A DNA stretch of 64,000 bases from Bacilli bacterium (GTDB lineage: Bacteria; Bacillota_I; Bacilli_A; RF39; UBA660), in NCBI GenBank assembly GCA_017411405.1, contig JAFQQE010000012.1:17280-81279 (forward strand), written 5' to 3'. Below the pieces are notes generated by a model. That model worked only from the letters and a program-made list of their open reading frames with translations. It ran no database searches and was not told where the DNA came from. A program made the translations under genes and the position numbers. Of this stretch, positions 58,404 through 64,000 are shown one piece after another. How positions within the stretch are numbered: position 1 is the stretch's first letter; the number at the start of each line of letters is the position of its first letter.

Positions 58404-58480
58404 TGGTGGATCTTGTAGGACTCGAACCTACGACCGCCCGGTTATGAGCCGGATGCTCTAACCAACTGAGCTAAAGATCC
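58404..58480 (-). tRNA. tRNA with CAU anticodon (elongator Met, or more likely lysidine-type Ile2), CCA encoded
   Basis: Acceptor GGATCTT pairs with AAGATCC and the anticodon loop is CUCAUAA. The body closely resembles the tRNA-Ile(GAU) in this window. It lacks the initiator-type GGG:CCC anticodon stem. Confidence 0.85.
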
Positions 58481-58724
58481 GTAATCCGCCATTGCCATTT
58501 AATAATAACATATTTATTTTTTAGATGCAATATATTTTTTAAAAAAACTTAAATTTTTTGTAAAAAATATTTTTTTTATGCATTCGGCTCTATAACTTTT
58601 CTTTATAAAGCATAGTTAATGTACTGAGTATTAAATTTATTGTGATTAAAAGATATTTTCTAATGTTTATGATTTATAAAATTTTTATAAAAAAAACTAA
58701 CATTTCTGTTAGCAAGTTACTATT

Positions 58725-58801
58725 TGGTGACCCGTACGGGATTTGAACCCATGAATGCATGCGTGAAAGGCATGTGTGTTAAACCACTTCACCAACGGGC
58801 C
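58725..58801 (-). tRNA. tRNA-Glu (anticodon UUC), copy 1, CCA encoded
   Basis: Acceptor GGCCCGT pairs with ACGGGTC and the anticodon loop is CUUUCAC. It has its own promoter (TTGACT-17-TATATT) and its own terminator hairpin. Confidence 0.9.
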
Positions 58802-58872
58802 ATAACAAATGACTAGTTAAATATACTATATAATATTGGTTAAGTCAAGTATATTTTTTATTTTTTAATAAT

Positions 58873-58901
58873 ATTAAGTGAGGTCAAAGGTTTAAGTCCA
58901 T
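58873..58901 (+). pseudogene. tRNA-Ile-like 3'-half fragment (plus strand)
   Basis: ATTAAGTGAGGTCAAAGGTTTAAGTCCAT compared with functional ATAAGCGTGAGGTCGATGGTTCAAGTCCAT. Confidence 0.4.
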
Positions 58902-58936
58902 AAAAAAACTCATCAAAAGATGAGTTATATTTTAAT

Positions 58937-59013
58937 TGGTGACCCGTACGGGATTTGAACCCATGAATGCATGCGTGAAAGGCATGTGTGTTAAACCACT
59001 TCACCAACGGGCC
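58937..59013 (-). tRNA. tRNA-Glu (anticodon UUC), copy 2, identical to copy 1
   Basis: The 77 nt are identical to 58725-58801. It lies 8 nt downstream of tRNA-Ile on the minus strand. Confidence 0.9.
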
Positions 59014-59021
59014 AATCAAAA

Positions 59022-59098
<77 letters not shown>

Positions 59099-59164
59099 GT
59101 TTTAATTGACTACATTATTATATCTAAATTATTATTATTTTGTCAATAACTTTATTAAAAATTT

Positions 59165-59198
59165 TAGCTCACTGTTAAGCGCACTTGCGATAAGCTGA
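59165..59198 (+). pseudogene. tRNA-Ile-like 5'-half fragment (plus strand)
   Basis: TAGCTCACTGTTAAGCGCACTTGCGATAAGCTGA compared with functional TAGCTCAGCTGGTTAGAGCGCACGCCTGATAAGCGTGA. Confidence 0.4.
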
Positions 59199-59246
59199 TT
59201 TTTAATATAAAAAGATTGCATTTGTGCAATCAATTAATTAACAAAA

Positions 59247-59322
59247 TGGTGGACTGTTAGGGATTCGAACCCTAGACCCACTGATTAAGAGTCAGTTGCT
59301 CTACCAACTGAGCTAACAGTCC
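59247..59322 (-). tRNA. tRNA-Lys (anticodon CUU), CCA encoded
   Basis: Acceptor GGACTGT pairs with ACAGTCC and the anticodon loop is CUCUUAA. T-loop is GGTTCGAATCC. Confidence 0.9.
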
Positions 59323-59465
59323 AAAAAATTGATTACGTAAATAATTATAACATAAATTTAAAAAATATCTAGTATAAATTTTAAAAAAATGCAAAAAAAC
59401 ATTAAATTTCTTGATAATAGATTTTATTTGATATATAATACTAAGTATCAAGAAGGAGAAATTAT

Positions 59466-60710
59466 ATGAAAAATGTTAAAGAAATAACTGTAAAAATAGA
59501 AAAAGATGAATGGATGAATATTCTTAAAGATACTTTTAATAAAAATAAAAAGAATATTCAAATGGATGGCTTTAGAAAAGGTAGTGTAACTTGGGATTTA
59601 TTTATAAAGAAAAATGGTATTGAAAGTTTATATTCTGATGCTGCTAATTTTATTATAGATTCTAAATATGCTGATGCCTATAAAGAATCAGGAGTAGAAC
59701 CTGTTGTTCAACCAAGTGTTAATATTGAAGATATAAGTGAAAATGGTATTACTATAAAATATACTTTTATTAGCAAACCTGAAGTTAAATTAGGAGAATA
59801 TAAGAATTTAGGTATTAAACGTGAAAAAGCAAAAGTTACTAAAGAAGAAATAGAAAATGAATTAGAATCTTTAAGAGATAAACTTGCTGAAATAGTTAAT
59901 AAAGAAGAAGGCAGTGTTGAATCTGGAGATACAGCTGTTATAGATTTTACTGGTGTAGTTGATGGAAAAGAACTTGATGGAGGTAAAGGAGAAAATTATC
60001 CTTTAGAAATAGGGTCAAATACATTTATACCTGGATTTGAAGACAGTGTAATAGGAATGAAAGTTGGAGAAACTAAAGATATTAATCTTAAATTTCCTGA
60101 AAATTATGTAGAAGATTTAAAAAATAAAGATGTAACATTTACAGTTACAGTAAGAGAAATAAAGACTAGAGTTTTACCTGAAATAAATGAAGATTTCTAT
60201 AAAGACTTAGGATATGAAGATGTAAAAACTCAAGAAGAATTAGAAAAAAAGATTAAAGAACACTTATTAGAACATAAAAATCATGATATAGATAATAAAT
60301 ATTTAGATGAAGTTTTAAAGAAAGCTACTGAAAATATGACTGTTGAAATTAATGAAGAAATTGTTCATGATGAAATCCATAGAATGATTAATCAATATAG
60401 TGAACAATTAAAGATGCAAGGTTTATCAATTGAACAATATTTAGAATTTACTAAATCTACTATGGAAGATTTAGAAAGTCAAATGCATCCTGAAGCTTTA
60501 TCAAGAGTTAAAGAAAGATATTTGATAGAAGCTGTTGCAGAAAAAGAAAATATTGAAGTAACACAAGAAGAAGTTGAAGCTGATATTGAAAGAATTTCTG
60601 CTATGTATAACATTGAAAAAGAGGAATTTGTTAAAATGATTGGTGGAAATGACATGATTAAATATGATGTTAAAATGAGAAAGGCATTAGAATTCCTAAA
60701 AGAAAATTAA
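59466..60710 (+). CDS. tig: trigger factor
   Basis: N-terminal ribosome-binding region GFRKG and central FKBP-type domain (VIDFTGVVDGKELDGG...FIPGFEDSVIGMKVGE). 414 aa. Confidence 0.92.
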   Translation: MKNVKEITVKIEKDEWMNILKDTFNKNKKNIQMDGFRKGSVTWDLFIKKNGIESLYSDAANFIIDSKYADAYKESGVEPVVQPSVNIEDISENGITIKYTFISKPEVKLGEYKNLGIKREKAKVTKEEIENELESLRDKLAEIVNKEEGSVESGDTAVIDFTGVVDGKELDGGKGENYPLEIGSNTFIPGFEDSVIGMKVGETKDINLKFPENYVEDLKNKDVTFTVTVREIKTRVLPEINEDFYKDLGYEDVKTQEELEKKIKEHLLEHKNHDIDNKYLDEVLKKATENMTVEINEEIVHDEIHRMINQYSEQLKMQGLSIEQYLEFTKSTMEDLESQMHPEALSRVKERYLIEAVAEKENIEVTQEEVEADIERISAMYNIEKEEFVKMIGGNDMIKYDVKMRKALEFLKEN

Positions 60711-60801
60711 TATTTAACTGTTAACATTGTTGACAGTTTTTTTATGTTATTGTTGAAAAATTTTTAATATGAAAATATAATATATATAAGGAGGATATAT
60801 T

Positions 60802-61365
60802 ATGGAAACAGGTACAATAATTTTAATAGTTGTTATTGCGATGGTGGTATTATTGGTCTTTTGGTATTTTAAGACATATAATGCTTTAATTGAATTAAGA
60901 AATAGAAAAGATGATCAATTTTCTCAAATAGATGTTCAATTAAAGAGAAGATCCGATTTAATACCAAATTTGGTTGAAACTGTTAAAGGTTATGCTAAAC
61001 ATGAAAGTGATACTTTAGAGGAAGTAATACGTGCTAGAAACGAATATAATACTGCTAGAACAAATGAAGATAAAATGAAAGCTAGTGGGGAAATAACACA
61101 AGCCTTAAATAAACTTTTTGCTCTTTCTGAAGCATATCCTGATTTGAAAGCTAATACTAATTTTATGTCTTTACAAAATGATTTAAAAGAAACAGAAGAT
61201 AAAATTAGTGTAGCTAGACAATTTTATAATGATACTGTTTTAACTTATAATAATAAAGTTGAAACTGTTCCATCAAATATTGTTGCTAATATTGGTGGGT
61301 TTAAAAAGAGTGAGTTTTTCCAAATTGATGAAGCATCTAAAGAAGCTCCAAAAGTTAAATTTTAA
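60802..61365 (+). CDS. lemA: LemA family protein
   Basis: N-terminal TM helix, then YNALIELRN...QIDVQLKRRSDLIPNLVETVKGYAKHE and ARQFYNDTV motifs. Confidence 0.88.
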   Translation: METGTIILIVVIAMVVLLVFWYFKTYNALIELRNRKDDQFSQIDVQLKRRSDLIPNLVETVKGYAKHESDTLEEVIRARNEYNTARTNEDKMKASGEITQALNKLFALSEAYPDLKANTNFMSLQNDLKETEDKISVARQFYNDTVLTYNNKVETVPSNIVANIGGFKKSEFFQIDEASKEAPKVKF

Positions 61366-61367
61366 TT

Positions 61368-61389
61368 GGACGAGTTTCGTCCTTTTTTT
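61368..61389 (+). terminator. hairpin plus T-run between lemA and the DUF2207 gene (partial terminator)
   Basis: Stem GGACGA (61368-61373) pairs with TCGTCC (61377-61382), followed by TTTTTTT. Confidence 0.55.
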
Positions 61390-61401
61390 AAAGGAGATTT
61401 T

Positions 61402-63240
61402 ATGAAAAAGAATATAATATTTGTTTTATGTTTGCTATTATTTCCATTAAATATATTTGCAGTTAGTAAAGTAGATTATGATGTAACTCAATATAAAATC
61501 GATGCAAATATAACTGATAGTGGTAATTTGAATGTTTGTGAATATATTAAATTGACTGGTTCTTTTAATGGGTATATTAGAGATATATTTTATAAAGAAG
61601 GGGATACAACTTATAATCCATTAGGTATAAGAGATATTACTGTTTATGATTTAAATGTTAATTCGATGAATAAGGGTAGTGCTTTTATTTATGATGATAA
61701 TGCTTATAAAGGTGAAAGTTTAAAATATAATGTGCAATATAACTATAATGGTCCTACTGTAACAATGTTTAATGCTAATAATAGTGGTTCTAAAGGTTTT
61801 GTTTTATGTTATACATTAGAAAATGCAATTTTAATTCATAATGATGTTGCAGAGTTATATTATAATTTTATACCAAAGGGTTTTGAAGATTTATTAGAAA
61901 ATGTAAGTGTAGAAGTTAAGTTACCTGGCAAGGATGAAACTTTAAGAGTTTGGGCACATGGACCTTTATATGGAGAAGTAAGTAAAAATACTAATAATAT
62001 TAATTCATATTTATATGCTAATATAAGTTATGTAAATCCTGGAGAGGTTTTAAATATAAGGATGACATTTAATAAAGCTTTAGTTAATAATAGCACAAGA
62101 TATACTAATTTAAATGTTTTAGATGATATTATAAATGAAGAAACTAAGTTAGCAGATGATGCTAATAGAGAAAGAAAAATCAATAATTTAATATATTATG
62201 GTTCAATAATAGAATTTATATCATTTGTAATATTTGTTATATATTCAGTTATATATTGTTATATTAAATATGATAAGGAACATAAAGTTCAATTTGATAT
62301 GGAATATTATAGAGAATTACCTAATAGTTATGGGCCAGAATTTTTAGAGTATTTGATGAAAAAGAACAATACAACAAATTCATATACTGCTAGCATATTA
62401 AATATGATTTATAAAAAAAATATTATACTTACACAAACTGATGATAAGAAAGATTATATTTTAACTAAAGCTGAAATTTTTAAAGAACCTTTAACAGTTA
62501 CTGAAGGAATGATTTTAAATTTTATTTTAAATGATATTGGTAACGGTACTGAAGTATCACTAAAAGAAATACAAAAATATGGTAAAACTGAAAAAAGTGC
62601 AAGAGAGTTTTTAAGTCATTTTGAAAAATGGAAAAATAAAGTGAAGAATGATGCAACCATATATAATTTCTACGAAGGTGGTGCTAAAAATGGTTTATTT
62701 GGTGTGTTAATTATAATATTTGCTATTATAACATTCTATATTAGCGGTGCATCTGAAATATTTTTTATACCGTTTGTAACAATTCTTTTAGCTATAGGTT
62801 CATGTATATATTTATTCACTATATCTAAAAAAACAAAAAATGGTATGTTAGAATATAAAAAATGGTTAGCTTTTAAAAATTTCTTGTTAGATTTTGGTAG
62901 ATTTGATGAAAAAGAATTACCAGAAATAATTTTATGGGAAAAATATTTGGTTTATGCAACTGTATTTGGTATTGCTGATAAAGTAGAAAAGGCTATGAAA
63001 ATTAAAATTGAAAAATTTTATGATACTGATACAGACTTTACAGATATTATGTTAATGAATTATATGATAAGAAATGATTTTGCACATACAATTAATTCTT
63101 CAATTACTAAAGCGTATAACGTTTCGCGTTCAACTATTGCTGCTTCTTCAAGTTCTTCTGGAAGTGGAGGAGGCGGAGGATTTTCTGGTGGTGGAGGATT
63201 CTCTGGTGGAGGCGGTGGCGGAGGTGGCCGCGGTTTCTAA
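61402..63240 (+). CDS. DUF2207 domain membrane protein with Gly-rich C-terminal tail
   Basis: Signal peptide, an extracellular domain of about 260 aa, TM helices, and the tail SSSSGSGGGGGFSGGGGFSGGGGGGGGRGF. It forms the usual pair with lemA. ATG at 61402 follows AAAGGAG. Confidence 0.7.
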   Translation: MKKNIIFVLCLLLFPLNIFAVSKVDYDVTQYKIDANITDSGNLNVCEYIKLTGSFNGYIRDIFYKEGDTTYNPLGIRDITVYDLNVNSMNKGSAFIYDDNAYKGESLKYNVQYNYNGPTVTMFNANNSGSKGFVLCYTLENAILIHNDVAELYYNFIPKGFEDLLENVSVEVKLPGKDETLRVWAHGPLYGEVSKNTNNINSYLYANISYVNPGEVLNIRMTFNKALVNNSTRYTNLNVLDDIINEETKLADDANRERKINNLIYYGSIIEFISFVIFVIYSVIYCYIKYDKEHKVQFDMEYYRELPNSYGPEFLEYLMKKNNTTNSYTASILNMIYKKNIILTQTDDKKDYILTKAEIFKEPLTVTEGMILNFILNDIGNGTEVSLKEIQKYGKTEKSAREFLSHFEKWKNKVKNDATIYNFYEGGAKNGLFGVLIIIFAIITFYISGASEIFFIPFVTILLAIGSCIYLFTISKKTKNGMLEYKKWLAFKNFLLDFGRFDEKELPEIILWEKYLVYATVFGIADKVEKAMKIKIEKFYDTDTDFTDIMLMNYMIRNDFAHTINSSITKAYNVSRSTIAASSSSSGSGGGGGFSGGGGFSGGGGGGGGRGF

Positions 63241-63375
63241 AAAGATACAATCGTATCTTTTTTTGTTGCATTTTTCTATTTTTTTGATAAAATAAACATA
63301 AAATTTAAGAAATTTGCAGAAAAAAAAAGGAAATTTGTAACTTTACGTAATAATTTAAATATTGGAGGGACAAAT

Positions 63376-64000
63376 ATGGCTAATATATCTAATGAAGAAT
63401 TTAATAAAATTAGAAATAGTGTAAATATAGTAGATGTTATTGGCAACTATGTAAATTTAGAAAAAAAAGGTAAAAATTTTTTTGGTATTTGTCCTTTTCA
63501 TGATGATCATACACCTAGTATGAGTGTAAGTTTTGAAAAGCAAATATATACTTGTTTTGTTTGTGGGGCGAGTGGTAATGTATTTACTTTTATAAGAGAT
63601 TTTGAAAATATAAGTTTTTTAGAAGCTGTGAAAAAGATCGCAGACTATAAAGGAATAACATTATCTAAAACAATAAATGTTCAAAAAAAATATGATAAAG
63701 AATATAAAGCGTATGATTTAGCTTTGAAATATTATAAAAATAATTTGAATACTGATTTAGGTAAGAAAGCTAAAGAATATTTATTATCAAGAAAAATAAA
63801 TGAAAAAATAATTGAAGAATTTGATATTGGAGTATCGTTAAATGACAATAATTTAAGTAAATTATTAATTAGTAAAAATTTTTCAGAAGATATGTTATTA
63901 AATATTGGGTTAGTTAATAAAAATGAAGAAATATATGATATTTTTAGAAATAGAATTATGTTTCCTATCCATAATAGTAATGGTATTGTTATAGGATTTA
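63376..64000 (+). CDS. dnaG: DNA primase, 3' end outside window
   Basis: Zinc-binding motif CPFHDDHTPSMSVSFEKQIYTCFVCGASGN. RBS GGAGGG upstream. The frame is open to the window end. Confidence 0.9.
   Translation, partial: MANISNEEFNKIRNSVNIVDVIGNYVNLEKKGKNFFGICPFHDDHTPSMSVSFEKQIYTCFVCGASGNVFTFIRDFENISFLEAVKKIADYKGITLSKTINVQKKYDKEYKAYDLALKYYKNNLNTDLGKKAKEYLLSRKINEKIIEEFDIGVSLNDNNLSKLLISKNFSEDMLLNIGLVNKNEEIYDIFRNRIMFPIHNSNGIVIGF

Noticed and set aside
58481-58724. 244-nt spacer between tRNA-CAU and tRNA-Glu, considered as a possible small RNA or peptide gene
   Set aside because: It is explained by a minus-strand promoter for tRNA-CAU/Leu (TTGCAT-17-TATTAT, about 58500-58530) and the tRNA-Glu terminator hairpin (CTAACA/TGTTAG, about 58698-58713). 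The remainder is featureless AT-rich sequence.
63074-63295. 73-aa alternative-frame ORF over the Gly-rich tail of the DUF2207 gene
   Set aside because: It is generated by the locally GC-rich GGN repeat coding for GGGGFSGGGG. The main frame is continuous from the DUF2207 body and ends in the typical Gly-rich tail.

Overview
Very AT-rich chromosomal segment (about one quarter G+C by eye) from an endospore-forming Firmicute. Supporting genes are PolC, RNase J, Stp/PrkC, CotE, SpoIIP and YlbJ/YlbL-like genes. UGA is used as a stop codon (pflB and rlmN both end in TGA), so this is genetic code 11, not the Mycoplasma code. I count about 60 CDS, mostly on the + strand. Many fall in recognisable housekeeping blocks: pflB-pflA; miaA; ftsK; rpoZ; rlmN-stp-prkC-rsgA-rpe; thyA-folA; cotE; mraY-ftsW; ffh; rel; polC; spoIIP; tig; lemA-DUF2207; dnaG. 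There are seven minus-strand tRNA genes: Ser-GCU alone, and a cluster of Lys-CUU, Ile-GAU, 2x Glu-UUC, CAU and Leu-UAG. I saw no rRNA, CRISPR array, transposase or integrase. All calls rest on by-eye motif recognition and hand-checked start, RBS and hairpin positions; no homology search or RNA folding was possible. Best candidates for something undescribed, in order: (1) a self-contained three-gene operon (3999-7818) encoding a membrane-anchored, coiled-coil McrB-family GTPase, a McrC-N-terminal-like protein with no visible nuclease motif, and an unknown 374-aa protein; (2) two TasA/camelysin-like surface proteins, one with an 11-unit tandem Ca-binding-loop array and one with a SipW-type signal peptide and a lectin/tail-fibre-like C-terminus; (3) a promoter-to-terminator bounded non-coding transcript of about 360 nt after ffh, where conserved synteny breaks; (4) an orphan MvaI/BcnI-like restriction endonuclease next to the tRNA cluster; (5) permuted halves of a tRNA-Ile-like sequence flanking a duplicated tRNA unit; (6) a sortase B with a roughly 270-aa cytoplasmic N-terminal extension; (7) a C-terminally truncated Rel whose synthetase motif looks degenerate.
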